Of a DNA stretch of 64,000 nucleotides, positions 1 to 9,587 are shown in pieces. Numbering within the stretch: position 1 is the stretch's first letter; each line of letters opens with the position of its first letter. The notes under the pieces were generated by a model, which saw only the letters and a list, made by a program, of their open reading frames with translations, was not told the origin of the DNA and made no database searches. Both the position numbers and the translations under genes were made by a program. The stretch is from the IMG/VR virus record IMGVR_UViG_3300033146_007472. The stretch is one strand, 5' to 3'. The DNA comes from a virus (Duplodnaviria > Heunggongvirae > Uroviricota > Caudoviricetes).

Positions 1-264
1 CTAATGACCAAGTTTTGAGGCCAGAAGTTGTGAGGCATAATCATAATGCTCCGAAAGATTCGAGTCTGCCAAACAGCGCATTAGACGCGTACGCTCTTTA
101 GCTGAGAATACTGCTCCGCAGTCTTTGGCTTTAGTAGTATAAAATAGTCGTAATAATCCAGCGGAGAAACATTCTTCATCAAAAAGTCGATTACAGATTG
201 CCACGACTAAAAATTCATCGAAGGCTTGTGTATCAGCTGAGATAGCTTCTTGAGCATGTGACAT
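1..264 (-). CDS. hypothetical protein, partial (C-terminus beyond window start)
   Basis: ORF track; runs off window edge; no recognisable motifs. Confidence 0.3.
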   Translation of the reverse strand: MSHAQEAISADTQAFDEFLVVAICNRLFDEECFSAGLLRLFYTTKAKDCGAVFSAKERTRLMRCLADSNLSEHYDYASQLLASKLGH

Positions 265-412
265 TTGGCGGTCTTCTCCTAAGGTTTCATAAATAACTCT
301 AGTATAAATTGTAAGTCTTCTAAGACTAAATAGACGCAGTTTACTCAGCTATTGATAATTTAAAGCAGAATAATATAAAATAGATCTAAACTTTGTAGCA
401 TAGGATAAAAAC

Positions 413-2047
413 ATGTGGTCAGTCTGGTTTTTACTCATAATTATTGTAGGCTTAGTCTTTCATTATTGGGCAATTCCGAATGAAGGCGAAAACATTGACT
501 ATCAGTTAAATGAGATATTAGTTTCGCCATTCAAAGAAGAGATGGCAAAATATCCAGAAGAACCAGATCAGATAGAGTATTTGATGTCTATACGACAATG
601 TATGTTAGACTCACGAGCATTGTCAAAAGCACATTTGTCACCAAAACCGAAACCAGCCAAAGTAGAAATAGCAAAACCGCCGGTTGAAGAAACTATAAAC
701 GCAACATCAAAACCTATACTAAGTCTAGAAAAGCCGGAAGTTATAAACATAGACACGCCTGTTAACGAAGTACCTGAGGTTACTACAAGTGTACAAGATG
801 CTCCGTTTATAACACGAGAAACAAATGAATTACTTGCGCCTAGTGCAGTCGACTCGCTCGCTGCGAAGTCTAGAAGTGATATTTTAGTCGAAATAATCGA
901 GCCTAATATAGCCGTAGCTGCAGATGTTGATGAGAATGAAGCACAAATTCTCACGATGACAGATATTTTCGAATCTTATAATGATGAATACGACGAAGAC
1001 GAAAATGTTGAGGAAGAGGAGGCAACGGTTGAATTAGGTTTTAAAAAGTCTATTGTTACTGAAGAACACGGTTCTAAGATTTTAGATTTATTAGAAATTT
1101 ATGAAGATAACATTGAAGACCCAGAAATGACAATGATTTTAGAAGCACTTGCTGAATACGCAGAATCAGATGCACCGTCAATTGTTCAAAGCGCGCAAGA
1201 CAGCGAAGTAAACGAATATCGTAACTCATATGAAATACTACGCGAAGTTTCGCTTTTCGATCATATTTACCATGTTGTAGAAGAAATAACTAAACAATTT
1301 AAAAACTTCCCTGGTTTATACCATAAATATGTTAGTGATTATTTCGTAATGGCCGTTTACCATGATATCGGAAAATTACCGAAATTTCGTGACGGTATAC
1401 ATAGTAAATATAGAATGCTTGATCATCCATTAGTTTCCGCTGACATTCTAGAATCAAGAACATCTGATATTTCAGCCGAAGTTTTAGATGCAATACGATT
1501 ACATCATAAGCCTATTGATGTCATTAATACAAAATACCATAAAGCTTTAAAAACCGCGGACATGGATGCTCGGCAGCGCGAAATTCAGCAGAGTGCTAAT
1601 AAAGTGCCGGAGCTAGCGAGTCGTCTAACTAAAGCCGATGTTAGCGCACTTATAGTTTCGAAGTATACAAGTTATCTAAAAACTGCAGTATATTCAAATA
1701 GACCATTAGTTACCGTTATCAAAGGTTATTTGTTAATGGACAAAGAAACTTATTTCTCGGAAATTGAAAAACATTTACAAAGAACAAGCGGCATGTGTCG
1801 GGAACAACTAGCTTCGGATGAGCAATTTAAATCCGCAGCAATATCATTCTTAGTGAATTCGAAGCTAACGACTGAATTATTGCAATCGACAGTCGTGCAT
1901 CTTAGCTATAGAAAGGCCGGAAAAACCAGGTCTTACACAATGCGTGAATATGTAATTTTCGCGATTGAATCACTCAATCTACGCGAGTCTGAACTTCCGA
2001 GCGATACTTTCGGCAATAAGTATTCTGAAATTCAGTTCGGCAGTTAA
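413..2047 (+). CDS. membrane-anchored HD-domain phosphohydrolase with long acidic linker
   Basis: N-terminal TM helix (WFLLIIIVGLVF); acidic low-complexity region; HD motifs H..(YHVVEE) / HD (AVYHDIGK) / H (DHPLVSAD) / HH (IRLHHKP); SD AGGA before ATG. Confidence 0.6.
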   Translation: MWSVWFLLIIIVGLVFHYWAIPNEGENIDYQLNEILVSPFKEEMAKYPEEPDQIEYLMSIRQCMLDSRALSKAHLSPKPKPAKVEIAKPPVEETINATSKPILSLEKPEVINIDTPVNEVPEVTTSVQDAPFITRETNELLAPSAVDSLAAKSRSDILVEIIEPNIAVAADVDENEAQILTMTDIFESYNDEYDEDENVEEEEATVELGFKKSIVTEEHGSKILDLLEIYEDNIEDPEMTMILEALAEYAESDAPSIVQSAQDSEVNEYRNSYEILREVSLFDHIYHVVEEITKQFKNFPGLYHKYVSDYFVMAVYHDIGKLPKFRDGIHSKYRMLDHPLVSADILESRTSDISAEVLDAIRLHHKPIDVINTKYHKALKTADMDARQREIQQSANKVPELASRLTKADVSALIVSKYTSYLKTAVYSNRPLVTVIKGYLLMDKETYFSEIEKHLQRTSGMCREQLASDEQFKSAAISFLVNSKLTTELLQSTVVHLSYRKAGKTRSYTMREYVIFAIESLNLRESELPSDTFGNKYSEIQFGS

Positions 2048-2174
2048 ATATTTTAGCATTAAACCAGTCTAGTTTTATTGCTCTTTCAGCTACCTAAATC
2101 AGATTTGTATACTAGTTTTAAATACTACAGTTATTTCAAAACCTCAATATTGACAATAAAAAGGTTCATTAGCT

Positions 2175-4616
2175 ATGCTTGAAAAAACATTTACCGCTTT
2201 GGTTCTTCGTGCTAAGTACAAAGACGTTACATCCGGATTCGGAGTTCTGCACGCTGAGATTAATGATACTCCGACTCAGTTAACTGGAATTTTTGCCGAG
2301 ATTGCGAACGGCACGAAGCTCGATGGCTTAGAATATGAAGTAACCGGTACTTGGAAATCATATAAAGGACAAAGACAATTCGCCGTCTCATCGGCGAAGT
2401 TAGTAACTAATGATATGCTCTATTTTTTAAGCCGTTTCGTTCGCGGTTTAGGAATGTCTTTAGCTCAAGTAACCTTGAACAAATATTCGAGTGAAGAACT
2501 TCCGAACATCATAGAAAAGAGCCCACGAAAACTATTAAACGTTAAAGGTATTGGTGAAAAGAAACTCGAGAAAATCGTAGAATCTTGGAAACAGTTTAAA
2601 CATCTTCGTAAGTTGTCGGATTTTTTTGCCGAAAAAGACATTCAGATTTCAACGCATCTGTTATTAGTTATAGAACGTCATTTCGGCGAAAATGCTAAAG
2701 ATATTATTGAAGAATCACCGTATCGTCTCGCTGAAATTCATCGTGTCGGTTTTAAAACTGCTGATAAACTTGCAATGAAACTTGGCGTTCCGAAAGACTC
2801 TGCAGAAAGAATGACAGCCGCAATTGCATATGTGTTGAAAACAGCTGCAGAAGATAAAGGCCATACACTACTAAGCAGTAAAGAAGTAATGCTTGAAATT
2901 AAAGAATTATTTGATTTTGAGATTAATTTAGATCGATTTAAACTTACGCTGCTTGGCCTAATTCAGAATGGTGAAGTCTATTATGATGAATCTGAAGATT
3001 TTGTCGGCTTACAATCTACAAGAAGCGCTGAAGAAGTTATTGCAAAGTTCTTTATGACTTCAAGAACTAAACCGCCTATCGCAGAATCATTGATTACAAA
3101 GTTTATTGCACGAGAAGAAACTGCAACAGGCGTAATCTTTTCCGATGAACAAAAACAATTCATTATTGAAACCGGAGGATCAAATTTAACATTAGCTTTA
3201 GCAGGTTATGCCGGTGTAGGAAAAACAACCGTTTTTAAAACTGCATTTAAAATGCTAGGGGAGTACTACTGCGCTCCGGACGAAATCGTCGGCTGCGCGT
3301 TTACTGGGATGGCTGCTGCCCGGCTTCGTGAAGTCAGCGGTGTAAACTCAATGACTATACATAGTTTATTGAAATATGATGGCCAAGGTTTTAGGTTTAA
3401 TAAGCAGAATCCGCTACCGTATCGTGTTATAGCTCTTGATGAAGCAGCGATGGTTAATGTTTGGTTGATTAAAAGTTTAGTTGAAGCAGTACGTCGTGAT
3501 ACGGTTTTCATTTGTATCGGTGATCCAGCGCAGTTAGAACCGATCGGTGCTGGAAATGTATTTGCAGATGTAATCAAGAATAAGCTAACTAATACACATG
3601 AGTTAACAAAAATTTATCGAAATTCTCCGGACTCCGTATTAACTTATTTTGCAAGCTTTATTCGAAAAGGCGAACTTCCGGATGAAGCTTTTAAATCCGG
3701 TTGGAGTGATTTCGAATTTAGTGAAATTGAACCACATAATCTCTTTAATATTCGAAAATCTGGCGCGTCTGAACTAGAAGTCAAAGACTGCCGTGAACAA
3801 AATAATCTAGCCATTTTAGGCCACTTGCTCAATCGCGCTGCAATTTCAAAGACAAAACATGATGACCCAATTTGGGATTTTCAAGTATTGTCGTTTATGA
3901 AAGGCGGAGTCGTCGGCGTGCATAATTTGAATATTGAGCTGCAGAAAGTTCTGAATCCGTCACAATTTAATCAAGATGAAGTTGTTATTGGAAAAAAGAC
4001 TCTACGCTTAAATGATAAAATCGTACATTTGCAGAATCGTGATATGAGTGTAATGCGTGCCGAAGATTGGACACGGCTAAATAAACAGTTTATGGCCGCA
4101 AGTTCATATACTGAATCACCGAGAGTTTTTAACGGCTCGCTCGGCAAAGTTGTTAAAATTGATACACGTAATGAAATTTTCTATGTTCATCATATTGATG
4201 ACCGGATTGTCGAGTATGACTTTGACGATTATGGCAAATTACTTGATTTGGCTTACGCGCTAACTGTACATAAATCGCAAGGAAGTCAGTATAAAGAAGT
4301 TGTAATTCCGATGACTTCGTCGCAGTGGATGATGCTTAGTACTAAAAGCTTATATACTGCAATGACTCGCGCGACTGAAAATGTACATTTTATCGGCCAA
4401 AAATATGCTTTTAAACATGCTGCAACGAATATTACAGATACTCTACGGAAAACTAATATGTCACTAATGCATAATCTAGCTGATATTGAGAAAAAACCAC
4501 TAACCGCTGGAGTAGCTGAGCGGAATATTCTGAAGGTCGTAAGTGATGCTCAGCCAGCACCGGCGACGATCTCGTCAACTAATTCAAAAAAAGTAAGAAA
4601 AGCATTAAAACTATAG
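2175..4616 (+). CDS. RecD2/Dda-like SF1 DNA helicase (AAA_30 + UvrD_C_2, HhH)
   Basis: Walker A GYAGVGKTT; Walker B VIALDEAAMV; GDPAQLEPIGAGNVF; C-terminal LTVHKSQGSQYKEVVIP typical of RecD/TraA family; HhH-like VKGIGEKKLEKI. Confidence 0.85.
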   Translation: MLEKTFTALVLRAKYKDVTSGFGVLHAEINDTPTQLTGIFAEIANGTKLDGLEYEVTGTWKSYKGQRQFAVSSAKLVTNDMLYFLSRFVRGLGMSLAQVTLNKYSSEELPNIIEKSPRKLLNVKGIGEKKLEKIVESWKQFKHLRKLSDFFAEKDIQISTHLLLVIERHFGENAKDIIEESPYRLAEIHRVGFKTADKLAMKLGVPKDSAERMTAAIAYVLKTAAEDKGHTLLSSKEVMLEIKELFDFEINLDRFKLTLLGLIQNGEVYYDESEDFVGLQSTRSAEEVIAKFFMTSRTKPPIAESLITKFIAREETATGVIFSDEQKQFIIETGGSNLTLALAGYAGVGKTTVFKTAFKMLGEYYCAPDEIVGCAFTGMAAARLREVSGVNSMTIHSLLKYDGQGFRFNKQNPLPYRVIALDEAAMVNVWLIKSLVEAVRRDTVFICIGDPAQLEPIGAGNVFADVIKNKLTNTHELTKIYRNSPDSVLTYFASFIRKGELPDEAFKSGWSDFEFSEIEPHNLFNIRKSGASELEVKDCREQNNLAILGHLLNRAAISKTKHDDPIWDFQVLSFMKGGVVGVHNLNIELQKVLNPSQFNQDEVVIGKKTLRLNDKIVHLQNRDMSVMRAEDWTRLNKQFMAASSYTESPRVFNGSLGKVVKIDTRNEIFYVHHIDDRIVEYDFDDYGKLLDLAYALTVHKSQGSQYKEVVIPMTSSQWMMLSTKSLYTAMTRATENVHFIGQKYAFKHAATNITDTLRKTNMSLMHNLADIEKKPLTAGVAERNILKVVSDAQPAPATISSTNSKKVRKALKL

Positions 4617-4709
4617 ATTGTTTTGAGCTACTAGAGTCTCCTTGCAATAGTTTCTGAAAATAGTAAAAATAACTGATGCAAAATATTTAGCAGATTAAGG
4701 AGCCTCCGA

Positions 4710-7019
4710 ATGGCTGAAAAAAAAGAAATAACGACTTCGAATATTAGCTCAGCATTTCGACAGATGCTACAACAAGAAACTAAAGCTAAAATTCATCCTC
4801 CGACTTCGTTATTTACACAGATATTAAATGATACTCTGTCAAATTTTTCGTTTAGCCCGACCTTAAAAATCTTTGCTCCATACAGTGCTGGTTTCGGGTA
4901 CGTTCAAGAAACTATTATGTATCGATCAGAAAATAATACTTCAACTTCTTGCTTTCGTGTTATGCCGATTTATAACGAATCAAAAGATGAATATACTTAC
5001 GCTTTGCTTGTCGATGAAGGCGCGTTATCACGGATTTTCGATCCTTGGCCAGAAAAAACTGCCGCTGCGCGAAAGCAAATTGAAGCTAAAGCGAAGACGC
5101 TCGGTAGACCACTGAAAGTTGAAGAGCTTACTAAAAAACAACGCGAAGTTATGCGAGTTCGTGAAGAAGATAGCTCAAGGACCGAAGTTGCAGATCTTCT
5201 TGATTTATTTTCAAAAGAATATGGTCAAGAAGAAGGTTACCAGAGATTTGTCAGCGCATTGCGTTTTGTATTAATGCATGAAATTTTGCATATCACGCTG
5301 GCTCATTTTTTCCGGCATGAACAACTGGCCGAAAAATTCGGGCTCTCAGGATTATCCGACGAAGATACTAAAAATATTTCGCAGTACATTAGTTTCGCAA
5401 ATACACAATTCAATATTGTCGGGGATGCTTTCATTAATGAGGGTTTGAAAGCTCTATCCGCTGAAGCTACACCAATTCTTGAAAATTCAATACGGAATGT
5501 CTTTAAAGATCCATCCGGAAACGTTGTATCAACTGACCAAATCCGGAAAGACTACGGCCATCTATATCAATTTTCGATGGATAATATTGGCGGCGTCGAT
5601 AGTGACTATTTAATTACGAATACGAAAGAAGTCTTACGCGATGATAAAGATCTTTTAGCCGAATTTGCGTCCATGGAAAAAGTAATCAAAGATGGAAAGA
5701 TGCTCGGTGAGCTAATTGAAGAATCACCAATGGCTTTAATTTGGGGTGCAATAGTTCGAAAATTAAGCCAGGATCAATGCCCAAGCTGCGGTATGCCTAA
5801 CGCATCTGAAGACGGACAACAAGCTTCACAATCTTCAGGTAGTAAAGGAAACCAAAGCGGTCAAGGAGATCAAAGTCAAAGTGGCCAAGGCGAGCAAAGT
5901 GACGCTCAAGACGGCCAAGAACAAGGCCAAGGCAGTCAAGGTGGACAAGGTCAAGGAACTCAACCTGAAACATGTAGCTGTGAGTATAGCAAAAGTAATG
6001 CCTCAAAAACGGTCCGTGTGAAATTAAACACACCGTCCGGTCAAGTAAGCGTTGATGTTACGGTTGATCAGAATGGCGACATTACTGATATTACCGCAGT
6101 AAACAGTGACGGAGCACAAAGCAAACTAGAAGACCTTGAAACTTCAGTCGGTCGTCAACTTGTTGAGATTGAGAAATCAGCACTTGAAGATATGGATGAT
6201 GATGAGCGTTCTAAACTTCGAGGATTCGGAAGTATTTTCGGCCGTTCCTTAGCTAAAGTTGTTGAGCAATCTTTTCCGTGGGAAGATATTGTACGTAACA
6301 TGGTTTCTCAATTTCCATCTGAAACAACAAAGCAATCATGGTTAAAACCGGTTATTGCGCTTAAAAACCATGGGTACTATTATCCAGATGAAGATACACA
6401 GTCGAATCCGAATGGTCATTCATTAGTCTTTTACATTGATTCTTCTGGTTCTGTAAATGATACACAAGTTGCAAAAGCTGTCGGAGCCGTTTTATCAGCT
6501 CCAGCTGCAAATGTGAAAAATTTATATTTAGTACTACATGACTATGATGTCGCTGATTATTCTAAAAGTGAAAAACTTGTCAAATTAGCACGGCAATGCC
6601 GTGCCGATCGAAAAGTACTCAAGAAATATGGCGTGCTTAAAATAAGCCTAAGTGAAGCTCGGAATCATAAACGGAAGATTTTAAAACTATTAAAAGAAGT
6701 CGTTAAGATCTTACCGGAAGGCGGAACAAGCCACGTAAAACCAACGCAGACTTTAATCGCGAATGGTTTCTTTAAACATGAGCTATCGAAATCTAAGCTG
6801 TCCGGATTCGCGTTTTATACAGATTGTTATTCGGATCTTGAACAACTGCCTGAAATATTAACGCCGAAGTGTCGACAACTAGGCATTAAAGGAACTATCC
6901 CAGCCGTCATTGTCGACTGCGAAAAGACATCAACATATAGTCATCCAACTTGGCCAGTAATTAACGCGTCCGGAAAAGTTTCTAAACCGACTAAAAAGCA
7001 GAAAAATACTTCACGATAA
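4710..7019 (+). CDS. HExxH putative metallopeptidase (DUF2201_N-like) fused to vWA domain, with Q/G/S-rich linker
   Basis: MHEILHITLAH HExxH motif; QGDQSQSGQGEQ low-complexity; MIDAS VFYIDSSGSVND (DxSxS); strong SD AAGGAG. Confidence 0.55.
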   Translation: MAEKKEITTSNISSAFRQMLQQETKAKIHPPTSLFTQILNDTLSNFSFSPTLKIFAPYSAGFGYVQETIMYRSENNTSTSCFRVMPIYNESKDEYTYALLVDEGALSRIFDPWPEKTAAARKQIEAKAKTLGRPLKVEELTKKQREVMRVREEDSSRTEVADLLDLFSKEYGQEEGYQRFVSALRFVLMHEILHITLAHFFRHEQLAEKFGLSGLSDEDTKNISQYISFANTQFNIVGDAFINEGLKALSAEATPILENSIRNVFKDPSGNVVSTDQIRKDYGHLYQFSMDNIGGVDSDYLITNTKEVLRDDKDLLAEFASMEKVIKDGKMLGELIEESPMALIWGAIVRKLSQDQCPSCGMPNASEDGQQASQSSGSKGNQSGQGDQSQSGQGEQSDAQDGQEQGQGSQGGQGQGTQPETCSCEYSKSNASKTVRVKLNTPSGQVSVDVTVDQNGDITDITAVNSDGAQSKLEDLETSVGRQLVEIEKSALEDMDDDERSKLRGFGSIFGRSLAKVVEQSFPWEDIVRNMVSQFPSETTKQSWLKPVIALKNHGYYYPDEDTQSNPNGHSLVFYIDSSGSVNDTQVAKAVGAVLSAPAANVKNLYLVLHDYDVADYSKSEKLVKLARQCRADRKVLKKYGVLKISLSEARNHKRKILKLLKEVVKILPEGGTSHVKPTQTLIANGFFKHELSKSKLSGFAFYTDCYSDLEQLPEILTPKCRQLGIKGTIPAVIVDCEKTSTYSHPTWPVINASGKVSKPTKKQKNTSR

Positions 7020-7624
7020 TTGAAGTTAATATAATACTACAGCTAATTTGAGGAGTTATAGTTTTAAGGTCTGAAAAACCTAATGACGGTGTATCTGCGA
7101 CGCAGACTGATTTATGTCCGACAGCGGCTATTAAGCAACACTTTTTAGCCTCACAAGACTCTGAAACAAAAGAACCATTCTTAATTGAAGATTTCTGTCG
7201 TTTAATTCAGCTAATTTTTAATACTTCAGAATTAACGGTTTTAGTACCATCGGCATTCAACTTTGAATGTCAGCTGAGCTGGCGAGGCTGATTCAAACGG
7301 AGTATTTGATTTTGAAGTTGAAGATGACGAAAATTTTATAATCGAAGAAGAATATTTAGAAGCAACTAGATTCTCCTTATACAGCTAGTAATATTACAAG
7401 TTGTAACTATTTAGATGACTTCAGCTATTATCATATTTGTCATGCTGTATTTTACAGATAGAACATTGATAACAATGCCACCACCCGAATATCGGACTGT
7501 CACCCATAAAGGTTCTCTTGTTTGAAGTAATAGCTGGATATTTAAGTCCAGTTGTTTTGTGCCATGGAATATGGAACAGCCTGCAGAATAATCTTTTCAT
7601 TTAGGTACCTTAAACTCACCAAAT

Positions 7625-7885
7625 CTAGTTTAAATACTTCTGCCGAATATTTAAAACTTCAGATTTTGACCAGAGCTCACCACTTCCGTTACAAAAACTG
7701 CAAACCGTATGAATTGCTGTCCGTAAATTTTGTAAATATCCGGAACCTACTCCGTTACAATATGGACAATGCGAATGAAAAAACTGACAAAACTCGCTTG
7801 TTCCGGTACAAGAACTACAATTTGCATCTAGACCATTACATTTACAGTTAATAATTCGTGATTCTACGCTAACTGAAAGTGCCAT
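7625..7885 (-). CDS. small Cys-rich protein with DnaJ-type CxxCxGxG zinc-finger repeats
   Basis: CKCNG..CSSCTG..CPYCNGVGSG..CSFCNGSGE repeats. Confidence 0.35.
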   Translation of the reverse strand: MALSVSVESRIINCKCNGLDANCSSCTGTSEFCQFFHSHCPYCNGVGSGYLQNLRTAIHTVCSFCNGSGELWSKSEVLNIRQKYLN

Positions 7886-7886
7886 C

Positions 7887-8102
7887 TTAATCCTTATTCT
7901 CCATAGCTGAGACCTCGTAACAATTTACCCAAATTGCAATTTTATTACGACGAACAACTTGGCCGTGATAACCAGCTTCTGTGCACTCATCAAGTTTTGT
8001 GATGATCTCAGCTGTAGGCATCGGCGGAAGATCAGTGCCGAAAGTATCACAGCTATTTAAGCTAAGTAAACAGAGCACTAGAAGTAGCTTAGCATAATAC
8101 AT
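7887..8102 (-). CDS. small lipoprotein (paralog family 4, ends CYEVSA)
   Basis: signal peptide + lipobox LNSC; C-terminus KLD..GY..CYEVSA shared with 27593..27874. Confidence 0.4.
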   Translation of the reverse strand: MYYAKLLLVLCLLSLNSCDTFGTDLPPMPTAEIITKLDECTEAGYHGQVVRRNKIAIWVNCYEVSAMENKD

Positions 8103-8366
8103 TCAATATACTCCATGTCATAAAAATTTTAAGAAATTTAAGCTATATACTTATTAATACACAAAAGTTCAATAATTTGGTGCTTAGAATTAGTATAAAC
8201 AACATAACCTCAATGTTCTCAGGTAATTTTCTCGGCACATCTATGACTCTAAGATTGGATCATACACTATACACTACGGAAGCCGTAGATGACCTCTAAC
8301 ATGCTCTGTATAACTTAACGCTAGCGGCTTAGTAATACTGAACTTGAACCGAAAACAGGATCTATC

Positions 8367-9377
8367 ATGAAGAGACTTTTAACCAGACCGGAATTTAAGC
8401 TCAAAGTATTCGCCCGCGATAACTATAGCTGCGTTGTTTGCGGAGCACCTGCGACTGATGCACATCATATTATGGACCGGAGTTTATTTGATAATGGTGG
8501 ATACTACTTAGATAACGGCAGTAGCCTCTGCGCAAAGCATCATCTACAAGCTGAAAAAACTCTTGTTCTACCAAAACAACTTTATCAGCTCTGCGGTATT
8601 GAAACTCCTATGCTCCCGGAACACTTGGAGATTAGCATGGAATACGATAAATGGGCGAATCCAGTACTCGCAAACGGTACTAGACTAAAAGGAGAATTGT
8701 ATTCAACTCCAAGTGTGTATAAGCTTCTCGACGAAGCCGAGCTACTTTACTTATTCACTGAGTATGTAAAATATCCTCGAACATACCATTTATCTTGGAG
8801 TGACGGTATTACATCTGATGATAAAATCATCAAAAATCTTGATAGCTTTAAGAATAAACAAGTCATAGTTACTGAGAAAATGGACGGTGAGAATACGAAC
8901 TTATACGCGAAGTATATTCACGCTCGGTCATTAACAATGAAACGCCACCCATCAAATGCTTGGGTCAAGAATTTTCACGCAAGTATTAAACAAGATATTC
9001 CAGTCAACTTTAGAATTTGCGGCGAAAACCTTTATGCTGAGCATTCAATACATTATACAGCATTGCAATCTTATTTTTTAGGCTTTTCGGTTTGGGAAAA
9101 TGATCTTTGTTTTGATTGGGAAAGTACCGTTGAATGGTTCAATTTACTCGGTATAACGTCTGTTCCAGTATTATATTCTGGTATTTTCGATGAGATGATA
9201 ATTCAGAAACTATGTACCTCAAATATTGAAGGATACGTAGTTCGGCTTCAATCTTCATTTCAGCTTAAAAACTTTCGAACGTCAGTCGCAAAATTCGTGC
9301 GTAAAAATCATGTCCAGACGGACAAGCATTGGTTGTATCACGCTGAGCTAAAAATAAACGGTCTTTTAAAAACTTGA
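8367..9377 (+). CDS. HNH-like zinc finger fused to ATP-dependent RNA ligase (Rnl family nucleotidyltransferase)
   Basis: N-term CVVCG..HHIMDR..N..LCAKHH (HNH signature); ligase motif I KMDGEN, motif III-like FRICGENLYAEHSIHY, motif IV EGYVVR, motif V KFVRK. Confidence 0.6.
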   Translation: MKRLLTRPEFKLKVFARDNYSCVVCGAPATDAHHIMDRSLFDNGGYYLDNGSSLCAKHHLQAEKTLVLPKQLYQLCGIETPMLPEHLEISMEYDKWANPVLANGTRLKGELYSTPSVYKLLDEAELLYLFTEYVKYPRTYHLSWSDGITSDDKIIKNLDSFKNKQVIVTEKMDGENTNLYAKYIHARSLTMKRHPSNAWVKNFHASIKQDIPVNFRICGENLYAEHSIHYTALQSYFLGFSVWENDLCFDWESTVEWFNLLGITSVPVLYSGIFDEMIIQKLCTSNIEGYVVRLQSSFQLKNFRTSVAKFVRKNHVQTDKHWLYHAELKINGLLKT

Positions 9378-9420
9378 AGCTTTGAGCGTAGCATAGTTGC
9401 TGAAATTTGTCCTAAATAAA

Positions 9421-9462
9421 AAATGACTCAGGCTAATAAAAAACCTGAGTCATTTTTTGTTT
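9421..9462. terminator. bidirectional rho-independent terminator hairpin between convergent RNA ligase and SPFH genes
   Basis: AAATGACTCAGG-loop-CCTGAGTCATTT followed by TTTTGTTT. Confidence 0.55.
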
Positions 9463-9587
9463 CGAAACTTAGCTCAAATTATTAGATTGAACTACCTTTC
9501 ATCATGAGCAGATCTAGCTGCTCTTTTCTACATCTTTCCATGCTAAATATCCTCCTTTCTTTGAAGCACACGAAATTTCGTGTTTGT

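Noticed and set aside
568-954. 128-aa minus-strand ORF inside the HD-domain gene
   Set aside because: Antisense to a well-supported CDS; Ser/Thr/Ala-rich composition typical of an antisense artefact.
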